Below, in pieces: positions 13,311-26,186 of a stretch of 64,000 nucleotides of DNA. The notes beneath the pieces were generated by a model, which saw only the letters and a program-made list of their open reading frames with translations, made no database searches and was not told the origin of the DNA. The first letter of the stretch is position 1. Each line of letters opens with the position of its first letter. The translations under genes were made by a program, and so were the position numbers. This DNA comes from Octopus vulgaris (Eukaryota): the NCBI GenBank assembly GCA_951406725.2, contig OX597815.1, positions 167,400,001-167,464,000 of the forward strand, in the 5' to 3' direction.

Positions 13311-13487
13311 AAAGATTATTTGATTGTCCTTCAAGGAGTGTACTATAAATAATTATTACACACTCACACACACACATAAAAACACACACATATGTATACA
13401 TACACATAAATGTGTATATATGTATGCGCGTGTGTTGTGTGTTTTTGTGTATATGTATACATGTATGTTTGTATACATGTATGTTTG

Positions 13488-13547
<60 letters not shown>

Positions 13548-13978
13548 TATATTTATACTTATGCACACACATACACACACATATATTTACATACACTTAT
13601 ATATATTTGACTATATATCTTCAACGATATATATCTTGTACTGTACCAGATAACCCTATAGTATTAGTGTATTAATGGAAGCATTATATGCATAAAGAAA
13701 TATATCTTTTAGTAAAGAAATATATATCTATATTGCTATATTGTTTGTTAAAACAATGAATTTAAATTACATTGACAAATTATATTGAACTATTTAGTAC
13801 ATACAAAAAATGAAAACAAAGGAGTCAATACATTTATATTTATCGTATACTAATTTATACATCGAATTAAATGTTCATGTACACACAAGTTTACATAGAG
13901 TTCCAAGCATTCGCGCTTACTAATTTAAAAGCATATTGATAGAAGTCTAACAGAGAAAGAGAGAGAGATGGTCTCTAT

Positions 13979-14042
<64 letters not shown>

Positions 14043-14199
14043 ACAAACACTTATACACACTCACAGACATACATGCATACATACATACATATATATGTGT
14101 ATGTGTGTGTATTTGTGCGTGCGTGTGTGTATACAGGTTTCATATATATATATATAAGTTAATATTCAGGAGTGAATATTTATATAGATGTTATTATAA

Positions 14200-14272
<73 letters not shown>

Positions 14273-14280
14273 GTTATTAT
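14200..14280. repeat. (ATT)n microsatellite
   Basis: Direct observation. Confidence 0.95.
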
Positions 14281-14822
14281 CTGCGGTAAATATAAATAGC
14301 TGATAATGACAACAATAACATAGGAGATATATATATATGCGTGTATATATATATATATATATATATATTATATTAAATTAGAGATAAAACCACTATTAGG
14401 CAAATCATACAATGAAAAACTTAAGCCAATACATAAGTATATAAATATATATACTGATTTTAGCCATTCGATATTCTTACATTTTATTATTCCGCGTTGA
14501 TTAGGCGGTGATTTATGAACGAAATCTAAGACTCGATACTCATTAGAAATTCAAATGACTATTATAATCGATATATTTTGGGGCGAAAAATATTCATTAT
14601 ATAAATCCATACTGAACGTCCTCCATAACTGTATGAGCCAAGAAATATTTGAACACTTCAGTATTATCGTGATTATATTTCACAAAAGAAAATGTTTTCT
14701 TCTCTTTTTTGTACCTTTTGTATAGTGATCAAATATTCTTTTTTTTCATTTTTTGCTTATACTGTTTATACTTCCTTTATTTCTGCATGCTTAAACTTTT
14801 CGGTTTTCTTTTTTCTTTTTAG

Positions 14823-14855
14823 AAATCTGGACTCCGAATGACATCACTTAAAGCC
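14823..14855 (+). CDS. Candidate 33-nt phase-0 microexon (KSGLRMTSLKA) of an unidentified host gene
   Basis: Long polypyrimidine tract plus AG (14821-22); donor GTAAGT (14856-61); length divisible by 3; only frame 0 is open; TGCATG at 14784-89. Confidence 0.55.
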
Positions 14856-15479
14856 GTAAGTAACAATATGTAAATGCTGGGTTTCCTGGATAGAAAAATA
14901 ACCGAAAGCTACCTACCCGTTAGATGTCAGCAAATCATTTATTTCTCAACAATTTTTTTTATACCCAATCGCCAATTTTCCACTAGCAATTTCGATCGCT
15001 TTTCCATAAATCTACATTCCATCACAAATCCACATACAAAAACCTTCTGTCTTTGACCATACATTCACCAGATAATCTCGTGCTTGTCGAAATTTCACGG
15101 GAAAAAAATAACAGGAGAATTTCCAAAGGGAATCTGTCAACAAACACAAAGTCAAAAAAAAATGGCGACAAGTGCAATATATTTTACCTCTGTTTTTCTT
15201 TGCTCGTATACACTTTTCCCCTTTGTTGTTATACATGTTCTATTATAAACAATAATTGATAAGGAAAGGGTCATTTGGGTTACAATGAATATCACATATG
15301 TTTCACGGCCAAACATATTTCACTATAAGTTGATGTGTTTACATTATTCCTGTTGTTGTTTGCTTAATTCTTGTAATCTTATTTATATATTTACTTACTC
15401 TTTTACGCTTTGACTCTTTTACTTGTTTCAGCCACGCGGCTGCGGTCATGCTGGAGCACGTAGCTGTTTCTTTGTGGTT

Positions 15480-15508
15480 GTTATCATTATTATTGTTATT
15501 GTTGTTGT

Positions 15509-15547
<39 letters not shown>

Positions 15548-15693
15548 CGCTACTACTGTCATTATTACTACAACTACTATTACAGCGATTACTATCATTA
15601 CTACTACTACTACTACAGCTACTACTACTACTACCCTTGTGCTTCGTCCTGATAGCAAATATATTATTATTATCATTATTATTATTAGTAGTA

Positions 15694-15757
<64 letters not shown>

Positions 15758-15787
15758 TACTATTATTATTATTATTATTATTATTAC

Positions 15788-15845
<58 letters not shown>
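15480..15845. repeat. Compound (CTA)n/(ATT)n microsatellite
   Basis: Direct observation; source of the poly-I/L/N/T ORFs in the track. Confidence 0.95.
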
Positions 15846-15846
<1 letters not shown>

Positions 15847-16503
15847 CCCCCATCCTTTACAAGCACTTCGTCACCTTCCATTTTTTAAAGGCTCATTGCC
15901 TCTCATGGACATTTCGAACTGAACAAATAAGTTGGGTTTTTTTCAAACTTCCCACATTTTCCCCCTTTTTTCTTTCCTTTTTCCGCTTTTTTAAAAGTAT
16001 TTTTTTTCTTTAATTTCTATACTTGCTTCATCTTCCTTGCTTTCTTTCTTGTATCTTCTCCTGGTTTACCCTTTCCAAGCATACCAGTTGAACCCTGCTG
16101 AGGTAATTTGAGCGACTATCTGGATAAATCTGTTTCGAATCTCATTCTCTAGAGTTCAATATGCTATCTGAAAAGAGAAAAACAAAAAAAAAAAATACCA
16201 TCTCAAACTCACAAGTAATCCATTTTCATCGTCATCATCGTCAACATCATTATCGCTCTCATCGTCATTAACTTCATCTTCACCAGCAGCTCAGCTACCA
16301 CCATCGCAACACCCTTATCATCGCCTTCACCATCGTCGTCGTATTCAGGATCATCACCACTACTACTGCGGCCACCGTCACCGCCATCTTTAATATAATC
16401 TTCGCCATCATGATATATATATATATATACATATATAGTGCTCTTACTTTAGTTTTTCCTTGGGGCTTGCTATATATATATATATATAGTGCTCTTACCT
16501 TAA

Positions 16504-16595
16504 GTTTTCCTTGGGGTTTGCCAGATTAGAGCAATCTCGAGTATAACCAGCCGACATTGCTAAAATAATCTGGAACTCGACTGAGGAAAGAAAAC
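16504..16595 (+). ncRNA. Permuted pseudoknotted hammerhead-like motif, copy A (GAAA mutated to GACA)
   Basis: ccagatta/taatctgg, gcaat/attgc and tcgagt/actcga stems; ATC at 16534-36; CTGAGGA at 16581-87. Confidence 0.6.
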
Positions 16596-16693
16596 TCCAA
16601 ATGACCCGTCCTTGTTTTTTCTGGTCCCCTTTCTGTATCAGCTGTCTGGATGTTTTGCGTTCTTCCCCCATTCTTGTATTGCTTTATATATCT

Positions 16694-17012
16694 GGGCAAG
16701 TGTCTTCTACTATTGCCTCGGGCCGACCAAAGCCTTGTGACTGGATTTGGTAGGCGGAAACTGAAAGAAGCCCGTCATATATATGTGTATATATATATAT
16801 ATGTATGTGTGTTTGTCCCCCCCAACATCGCTTGACAACCGATGGTGGTGTGTCTGCGTCCCCCTTAACTTAGCGGTTCGGCAAAAGAGACCGATAGAAT
16901 AAGTACTAGACTTACAAAGAATAAGTCCGAGGGTCGATTTGCTCGACTAAAGGCGGTGCTCTAGCATGGCCACAGTCAAAATGACTGAAACAAGTAAAAG
17001 AGTAAAGAGTAA
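16694..17012 (+). mobile_element. SINE family A, 5'-truncated
   Basis: gggcaagtgtcttctacta...cagtcaaatgactgaaacaagtaaaagagtaaagag. Confidence 0.9.
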
Positions 17013-17014
17013 TA

Positions 17015-17063
<49 letters not shown>

Positions 17064-17134
17064 CATGCATGAATAAATATATATATGTGTGTGTTTGTGT
17101 GCGTGTGCGTGTGTAGAAATATAAGTATATATAT

Positions 17135-17250
17135 TCTTTTATTGTTATAGTTCAGTCATTTGACTGCGGCCATGGTGGAGCACCGGCATTAGTCGAACAA
17201 ATTGCGCCCAGGACTTATTCTTTTGTAAGCCTAGTACTTATTTTATCCGT
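17135..17250 (-). mobile_element. SINE family A, 3' fragment
   Basis: cagtcatttgactgcggccatgg...aagcctagtacttatt. Confidence 0.75.
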
Positions 17251-17399
17251 CACATTTAACACACATTATCCATTGGCTTACTTTTGGGCAAGAAATACAT
17301 TATTGTTTGTTTGAAAATAAAGCCTCCTTATTCGAATTTCTTTGGGAGTATGAACATATCCAGAAATAATACATCTAATGACAATAGTAGACTTTTTGA

Positions 17400-17760
17400 T
17401 ATGGCTCAATTGTTAAGAAGCTTGCTTTAGAGAACATTGTTTGGAGTTCAGTCCCACTGTACAGCACCTTAGCCAAATATCTACTGCTATAACCTCTGGA
17501 GGTACCCAATAACTCGTGAGTAAATTTGGTAGCTCGTCAGATATATACAGATATGTGTGTGTGCGCGCGCGTGTGTCCTTGTGTGCGTGTATTTAGGTAT
17601 GTGTGTGACCCCTTAATTTAGCGGTTGGGCAAAAGACACCGATAATATAAGTACCAGACTTAAAAATAAGTACTACGTTCAATATGTCTGATTCAGTCCT
17701 TCAAGGCGTTGCCCCAGTACGGCCGCAGTCCAATTACTGAAACAAGTTGAAAACAAGAGA
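17400..17760 (+). mobile_element. SINE family A, diverged copy
   Basis: gttcagtcccactg head; ggccgcagtccaattactgaaacaag tail. Confidence 0.75.
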
Positions 17761-17784
17761 TAATTAACAAATTCTAATTGCGGA

Positions 17785-18133
17785 CTTTTCGCATTTTTAG
17801 AGAGTTATAGCCAAAAAATAGCAAAAAAATGCATTAAAAATGGAAAAAATATGATGGTAATTTTTTTTTTAAATCGTTGACTCATCGTAGACATTTTTAG
17901 AGAGTTATTTCCCTTTAAAAAAATATGCATGAAAATGGAAAAAAATGATGGTAAATTATTTTTAAAATCGTAGACTCATCATAGACGCGCGCTAATACCC
18001 AGAAGGGCTCGATATGAATCACGACTATAAGATACCCGGTTTTAGTTAAACTGCACCGCAAAATGTGGGAGTAGTTAGGAATCTAAATCGAAGGGGACAG
18101 ACACTCACACAACTACAGTTTTATATATAAAGA
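17785..18133 (-). mobile_element. Non-autonomous Helitron 5' portion with an internal ~100-bp tandem duplication
   Basis: Minus strand begins A|TCtttatatataaaactgtagttgtgtg, like 44978-45377; the catttttagagagtta...gactcatcgtagac unit occurs twice (17792-17985). Confidence 0.6.
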
Positions 18134-18759
18134 TTTTCTGCTTTTCTTTCGAAAGACGTTTGTAGTCTGAAGTCACACGCCCCAGAACACACTTCGTTTT
18201 ACTTTACTTCTGTTTATTTTCTTTCCCTTTATGACCGTCTTCGCCTTTATTTTAATTATCGTTTTTATATAAACGCCAGCTTGTTGTGAGGAGATTTTAA
18301 ATGGTTATCTTTCTAGGGTATAGGCCATACAGTTGAATGCGTTCATATTTTTGCCTGGATACCCTTATGCAATGAAAGGGTAAACACGTATATTAGTAAA
18401 ACGGCATTTTGCAAGAGGTATCAGGTGGTCAAGAACTGAACCAGAAGCTGATTAGAGAAATATTGTTGTATTTGGATGATAGACTTCATCTGTTGCTCGG
18501 TTTAACATAGCCACCTGGTCTTTGTGTCCTTAGTACAGTTTCAATGTTTTCCTTTTAATTGTTGCAAGTATTTTGACTGAATCACAAGTTTGTGGTAAAC
18601 ACATTCTTTTGATATTCTTCAGCACACGTGTTGTGTTTTAGTCCTACCCGCCATGGAAAACCTGCAAAAGAGCAAATATATCTGCTCTTCTACTTGTGAC
18701 TAAGTCTTAGCAATAAAATGATATAATTTGGACTGGGTGGGCTTTCAGTCCTCTAGAAG

Positions 18760-19140
18760 CAGGTATTGTTGTGTGGTTAAGAATCTCGCTTTGTAACTAA
18801 GCTGTTTCGGGTTCAATCTCACAGCGTGACATGTTGAACAAGTGCCTTCTACTCTACCCCCGGCGCGACTAATGTCATGACTGAATTTGGTGAACAGAAA
18901 CGTCAAGGGATCACGTCATATATATGCCTCTGTGTGTCTATGTTTGCATTTGTCTCCCCAACCACCGCTTGAAAATCAGTTTTGGTTGGTTATTCTCCGC
19001 ACCCTAGTGGTTCAGCAAAAGGACCGGTAGAGTAAGAAGCAGATCTAACAAATCTGAGAGGTCGACCTGTCTGACTAACCTTTTCAAGGTAGTGCGCCAA
19101 CATACCCGTAGTCCAATGACTTCAACAGTTAAAAGGAAAA
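18760..19140 (+). mobile_element. SINE family A, old diverged copy
   Basis: gtgtggttaagaa...cgggttcaatc head; agtccaatgact tail. Confidence 0.7.
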
Positions 19141-20119
19141 CATTGAAAAATAAACGTTGTACAAAACTTGATTTTGACCAGTTATTAGTTATCAATAAAA
19201 CAATCATCTGTTACATCGGATTATCAATCATTCTTAATCTTTTTTACTAGATAATTCTTTACTGCTCCATTTTGTGGAAGTAGGGCATTTTTTCTGTGCC
19301 TTATTGACAAAATTTCATTGGCACGTATTAATATTCTAATGCCATTCAAAATGCCTTCCCATTAACAAGTTACATTCTCTTCCGTTCCCAAATCAAATTC
19401 CTGCGGGATGGATTTTTTTTCCAAACAAGAAGTTAAAATAATTTTGGCGGTGTGTTGCGTCCTTCAGAAAGATAATTTATTTCACGTTGTTCGAGTCTAT
19501 TCAACTGGCAAAAATGAGATGTAATTCAAAGGGCCAGCTTTGTCTCATTCTGTGTCATTCTGAATCTCCTCAAGATCCACGTTAAGGGTAGGAGTATTTG
19601 TGGAGCCTTCAGCCATTTGCATGTTAATTTCACGAGGAAGCTGTTCCGTTGGTCGGATGAACTGGAACAGTCGACGTAACCAATGGAAAGCCAATCTTGT
19701 AAAATATGGTGAATGTCAGACTTGCTGCATACCGAACAAAAAACATGGTATCTCTGTCTTGGAATTGGTCCGAGATTATAATATAGAATGTCATCATCTG
19801 GTGCAGGCCACCCTTCATGATCAGTTTACATAGAATATAACAGTCGATACTTAGAATTGGATGATATTTCACTCACTTGTTATAAGAGTTTTTCAAACTA
19901 TATGGTATTGATTCTCGTTAGATCTGTAAATGAATATATTCTATACAAAAGTACAACGTAGCCCTAGCTGCGGGATTTTAATTCGTGAGCATGTAATGCA
20001 ATGCAGTATCCACTTAGCAACTTCAGTGCTTCAAGTTAGTGCCAAACGTCTGCAAAAGATATAGACTTCATTTTCTCTTCTATTTTTTTCTCATCGATTT
20101 TGATTTTTGTGGTTTAAAA

Positions 20120-20135
20120 TCATCATCACCATCAC

Positions 20136-20185
<50 letters not shown>

Positions 20186-20210
20186 ACAGCATCATCATCA
20201 ACAGCATCAT
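20120..20210. repeat. (CAT)n microsatellite
   Basis: Direct observation. Confidence 0.95.
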
Positions 20211-20828
20211 TGTTATTGTAAACATTACTCTTCTTCTTCTCCTTCTTGTCTTCATTCTTATTCCTCATCTCTTCCTTTAACCGTTCACCTCATTATTACC
20301 AGCATAAAATTTCTTCTTTTCTACTATTTTATATAACAGTTGTATCTTATACACAATATACTAGAAATGCAGTAATGCCTATAGTTTATTAAATATTCTT
20401 TTCTACTCTAGGCACAAGGCCCGAAAAGATTATTAAATATTAAAATAACTGTGATTATATATTTGGAACTATGCACCTCGTGTTTTACAAAATAAAGTAT
20501 TTTACAGGAAAGCAAACTTCATCAATGAAAATGAGGTTAATTATTTAGCAAGCTATAACCTCATTACTATAAATTACTATAGTTTATTTCATGCTTCAAA
20601 TTCGTATAAATTTTCATTTATTTTATTGTACTTTATTTTATTTTCTACCAATTATTTATAGGTTCTTTTGGTTCTGTTTATTAGATTAAGAAAACACGCA
20701 CAGATATTCCTTTTACAGCGTCGGTGAATTATAAATGGCCAATTCAAAATATCATCTTTGTCCTTTCTGTTTGTCTTCGTCTCTCTCCCCTCTCTCTCTT
20801 CCCTTCTCTTTATATATACATACATATA

Positions 20829-20901
<73 letters not shown>

Positions 20902-20961
20902 GATATCTGTATGTGTTTGTGTGTATATGTATATATATTATCTGTATATATATATATGATA

Positions 20962-21025
<64 letters not shown>

Positions 21026-21117
21026 CATTGTGAGAGAGGTGGAGAGAGAAAGCGAGAGAGTGTGCTGAGTGTGTGTTTGTGTGTACAGATGCTAAAATTA
21101 AGTACCTGTAAGAGTCT

Positions 21118-21189
<72 letters not shown>

Positions 21190-22220
21190 TGTATGTATGT
21201 ATGTGTGTGTGTGCATATGTAATCATGTGTGTGTTTACGCGTGTGCCTGTGTGGGAAGGCGTATTTCTGTGTTTTTCTATACATATGTATATATAAAATT
21301 ATAAATCCAAATGTTAACAGAAAAGGCCCTCTTTGTCTGAGAAAAGAGATATCAGCTTATTCGTGAACAAATTAAAAAAGAAACACTCATCACGCTCAGT
21401 AGGTTTCCATTTAAATGAAGACCACCACCACTACCACCACTACTACGACCAACGCTATGTTTCATCGTTTCTGTCGCATCTTCTTTAGCGCCGAAACCTC
21501 TCCGCCATAACCACCACTTCATAGCCAGTAAATGGGCAACTGCAACATACTATCAATACAAACATTTCATTCAGTATTGCCACCAAAATTCCGACCACCG
21601 CCTCTACCACGCATCCATTCCGATCAAAATCTCTATAACTATGTTTCCGTTAACATCGTCACTAATTCAGTACTTCGCCAATCCCGTAATCGTCACTGTG
21701 TTAAACCTTCTACAATCACCACTGCCTCTAAGATAACTTCGAAAACCACCACTGCAAATAATAATGAATTATTACTGTTAATTTTACCATTACTAACTCC
21801 ATTACTACATAGTCTCGCACTCTGCACCTTCAGTAATAGAGATCGCTTGTAGACAGCCAGTATGGCGAGTAACCATTGCCACATTTTCTTCTGGGTATAT
21901 TCATTTTCTTAGGGCCAAATAGTTTCTCTTTATAACCACCATCACCACAAACCGAAATTTTTAAAAACCGTAAATTTTGAACCTACAACAAATACCATTA
22001 CCAGCATCAACATAATCTTATCTCCATTAATATACATGTATTTTTCCACAAATCTTCACTATATTACTACGCCCTCGAGACTGCTTGGTAAGGAATGTGA
22101 TTTTTCATAGGGCACACAGCAGGATAAAAAGCAAAACCTGTCAAAAGACGGATGAACTTAGTCAAAAACCATTCAAAAGCGGGGAGCAACAGACCATAGT
22201 CTTTAGACATCACTCTAGAA

Positions 22221-22557
22221 CAGTGGTTCTCATCCAGGGTCCACATGACCCCTGAGGGTCCATATAGGTTTTTGTGGGCTCCACGAAAGCAAAATAGTAA
22301 ATTGGGAATCCACAATACTATATTAAGGCCCATGAAGAAGTTTTTATTTAGATGTATTAATAGCAAGAAAGAGATAAAATTCTTTCTCAATCATTTTACA
22401 TAGTTCAAGTTCCACGAGAGAATGTGAAAAATCAACAGGAATTTTGAAATAAGTTTCTATAAAACTAGATTTTAAACAACGGATAGATATGGGGGTCCAC
22501 TAAAATAAAATAGCAACCAAAGGGGTCCATTGATAAAAAACTGGTTGAGATTCCTTG
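22221..22557. mobile_element. hAT (Charlie-type) MITE
   Basis: TIRs cagtggttctca / tgagattccttg; 8-bp TSD ctctagaa (22213-20) / ttctagaa (22558-65). Confidence 0.85.
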
Positions 22558-22969
22558 TTCTAGAATTTTTTAAAAATCCGAATTTATAACTGTCTCATGG
22601 CGGAGAACATGCATTTGCTTTTTTGGGGACTACTTCGCTTTGTAGATGAGAGTTTCAAAGATGTTGTGTAAGCTGTTTTTGGCTTTCAATTTCAGCACAG
22701 ACATTGACATTAACATCTAAAGTAAGATATTCTGTCAGTGATGGCTACATTCGTCTACGACCAATTACATGCATACGTATGCATGTCACGCTCTGTCGAT
22801 GCCATCTCATCGTATTTAAAATTAAGTAAGGCTGTTTTAGCTATTTTGCACTTACTTCCTAAATATGCCTCACCTCACTCATTCTCTTCCTTTTTATGAT
22901 CCATCAACAAACACACATAATAATATATATTATACTCGGGTCCAACTACATACATTACATATATATATA

Positions 22970-23368
22970 TAGGCGTAGGAGTAGCTGTGTGGTAAATAGC
23001 TTGCTTACGAACCACATGGTTCCGGGTTCAGTCCCACTGCGTGGCACCATGGTCAAGTGTATCCTATTATAGCCTCGCGCCGACCAAAGCCTTGTGCGTG
23101 GATTTGGTAAACGGAAACTGAAAGAAGTCCGTCGTATATATGTGTGTGTGTATATATATGTTTGTGTGCCTGTGTTTGTCCCCACCAACATCACTTGACA
23201 ACCGATGCTGGTGTGTTTACGTCCCCGTAACTTAGCAGTTCGGCAAAAGAGGCCGATAGAATAAGGACTAGGCTTACAAAGAATAAGTCCTGGGGTCGAT
23301 TTGCTCGACTAAAGGCGGTGCTCCAGCATGGCCACAGTCAAATGACTGAAACAAAAGGGTAAAGAGTA
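22970..23368 (+). mobile_element. SINE family A, full length
   Basis: aggcgtaggagtagctgtgtggtaa (A-box-like)...ccgggttcagtccc (B-box-like), central TA/TG microsatellite, tail cagtcaaatgactgaaacaaaagggtaaagag. Confidence 0.9.
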
Positions 23369-23490
23369 TATATATATATATATATATATGTTTGTATACA
23401 TATATGTGTGTGTGTTTGTGTGTATGTGTGTGAGTGAGTGTGTGGCTATGTATATACGTATATACGTGTATATTTATGTATGTATGTATG

Positions 23491-23564
<74 letters not shown>

Positions 23565-23573
23565 TATGTGTAT

Positions 23574-23770
23574 ACGTCATTAAAGTTACTAAGTGCACTA
23601 GTCAGCACCAGTATTGCTAGAAATAAGAGTTAAAACAACTCATATATACAATAAGCACTTATCTAAATGACTGACAAGGCATGTCAGTCATTGTAGCTTT
23701 GAATTGTTTTAACTCTTATTTCTAACAATACTGGTGCGGACTAGTGCCCTTGGTCACTTTAATGATGCAT
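23574..23770. repeat. Inverted repeat (~65-bp arms) with an inner hairpin, probable PLE-end fold-back
   Basis: tcattaaagt...aagagttaaaacaa vs ttgttttaactctt...actttaatga; inner aatgactgaca/tgtcagtcatt. Confidence 0.65.
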
Positions 23771-25277
23771 ATATCTCTACCTCTCGATTACACAGAAGGA
23801 TGATAATGGAACCCATGGAAAAATAACACACAGAAATGAGAAATGCTCATCCGTTTCAAGAGGAGGAAATTCGACCTAACTGACTCTCTGCGTTGCGGCT
23901 GACTAGTTCAGTTCAGTGAATATCGATTGAATGAGCTTATCCACAAGGACCCGCTCCAACCCTCCAGGGAATTGGCCCAGATAGTATGCTCTCATGATTC
24001 TGTAGCCATCGACTTCACTCAATGGAAAATCCAGCAGAATGGTGTGAAATGTGTCGCTGCTGTTTAATGGTAACACTGAGAGAACTTCTGGCACTTGGGC
24101 AACAGTAGTGGTTGATCTCTCATATCGAGAGTGCTTCTATGAATCTCCCCACAAAAGAAACAGCATGGCTAAGAAATGATTTTCTTGCATAATGGACAGT
24201 TGACGTCTGGATTCGCTATGACTGCGGTTGCGCTGCCTGAAATTGTCACAATTGTTCTCTCTGATTTTTTGATTTTTTTCGGGCATGCGTCAAGGAAAGG
24301 GAACAATATTGCTGTAGCAAGGGAAGTACCATCGTGGGAGATGGGTTTTATGGTTCTACGATTGGAGGTAATTCTGGTAGGGTTAAAATTTTTAGAGATG
24401 GAATATATATTAGTATCGTTTTTTGTTGCACTTTGGTATTGGATTTGGTTTCTAGTGTTTCTTGAGTGTGTATCTAGCGTCCCTGCGATATGTAAAAAGA
24501 TAGCCACATTGCACGCATTATCTTTCACATAGGCGGGTAGCAATTTTTGGGTTCCGTTTCGTTCGTGTATCACCGAAATGATTTCTTAGATGTCCTCAAA
24601 ATGATTTCCGTTTGTATTATTTCTCTTTTTTCTTACTTTTTTTTCTGGCGTCGTTGTGGGCGCGGGCAAATAGCGGGTCAGGGGTAATATAGTGGATACG
24701 TTGAGGTGAAAAAAACTTATTCTTTCTAATAGATGTAATAGAAATAGTGGAATGGCAGTAGTAGATGATGACGACGACGACGACAACCATGATGACGATG
24801 ATGATAGTGATGTTGAGGAATACGGCGATTGTGGTGGTGGTGGTGGTGACGGTTTTGGTGATGGTTATGTTGGTGTTGGAGCTGGTGGTGACGGTGACGG
24901 CGACGACAATGATATTGATGGGTAAATAGGTTCAGTTGCTTGGGGGAATGGGTGCGGTAACTGAAGATTGAAATGAATGTATTGTACCAGCAGTAATGGG
25001 ATGGGCAGCAACGAGGTCACGAAGGTCAGAGCTAAGTAGATGTTGTGCATTTTCTTTTTGATGCAGTTGAAACGTATCAGCAGATTACGGAGGGATCGTT
25101 ATTTTTTTCCAGTCACTTTACATTTTTATAGCAAATTCTACCGAAGACCCTTTATCTGGAATTCTTTCGGAATCTATGAAATAAATAAGTCCCAGTAAGG
25201 TACTGAAAAGAAGTCATCTAATCTCCGTCAATATTTGTAGTTTGTGTTACTGACTTGTAGACATCAAGAACACGCTC

Positions 25278-25402
25278 CTGTACATCAAGTGAATAACGAG
25301 TGAATAATACGTAAACAAACGAGAGATAAGTACAAGTCCTCTACTTATCTCTCGTGTGTTTACGTATTTTTCATTTGTTGGTGATGTCCTGTACTTGATG
25401 TA
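25278..25402. repeat. Imperfect inverted repeat hairpin
   Basis: tacatcaagt...aatacgtaaacaaacgagagataagta / tacttatctctcgtgtgtttacgtatt...acttgatgta. Confidence 0.7.
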
Positions 25403-25489
25403 TTTTATATTTATTTATTCATAATCGAACGTAGCATTGTCCACAGTAAGTTTTTACATTTACCTATATATATATATATATATATAGTA

Positions 25490-25700
25490 AATCCCAAAAA
25501 GTACAAACACAAAAAAAACAACAACGTGAGGACGTGGTACATGTAATGTATTAGCAGACGCTCAGGAAAGGGAGAAAAGATGGCTTAACGTTTCGAGCAG
25601 ACGCTCTTCTTCGGAAACAGAGGAAAGTCCAATAGAAGGAAAGACAGAGGAAGAAAATCGCAAACGATTCACATGTGGTTACATTTTGAAATAACCGGAA
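25490..25700 (-). mobile_element. PLE 3' terminus with a minimal HHR-like motif (25582-25620)
   Basis: Minus strand: ttt-CCGAAGA-a-gagc-gtct-gctc-GAAACGTTA; abuts (TA)n; a related decayed end lies at 28880-29030. Confidence 0.6.
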
Positions 25701-26186
25701 GAGAATGGGTGAAGAAAGAGTTCTTTCTTTGACAGGAAAGTGTAAGGGAAGTGGTATGTGTGGGTATGTGCGTGTGCGCAGGTCTGTGTTGTGCGTGCAA
25801 TAGCAGGTGTGTGTGCGTGTAGTGTAGTGTGTGTGTGTATGGTTTTGGCTGTTTATATGTGTATGTGTGAGTGAACTCTGTGTCACAGTTGTAGGAAGAA
25901 TTTAGTAGTAGGAGTGGCTGTCTTTTGTGTAGTGTGTTTCTTCACATGTGCGTAGGGGAATGGTCAGTACAAAGGTGTTTGACTGGCGGGTTGAAGTATG
26001 TGAGTGCGTGTATGTATATGTTCTGTGTGCATGTTTTGGCACGAGTGTTTTCTACTATAGTCTTCCACTATAGTCCCTGGCCGACCAGTGCATGTGTGGA
26101 TTTGGTAGATGGAAACCGAAAGAAGCCCGTCGTGTATAAATGTATACACACACACATGTATATATATATATATATATATATGTAAA

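Noticed and set aside
23850-24575. ORFs of 63-134 aa, possible Gypsy pol remnant
   Set aside because: No diagnostic catalytic motif; too decayed to call
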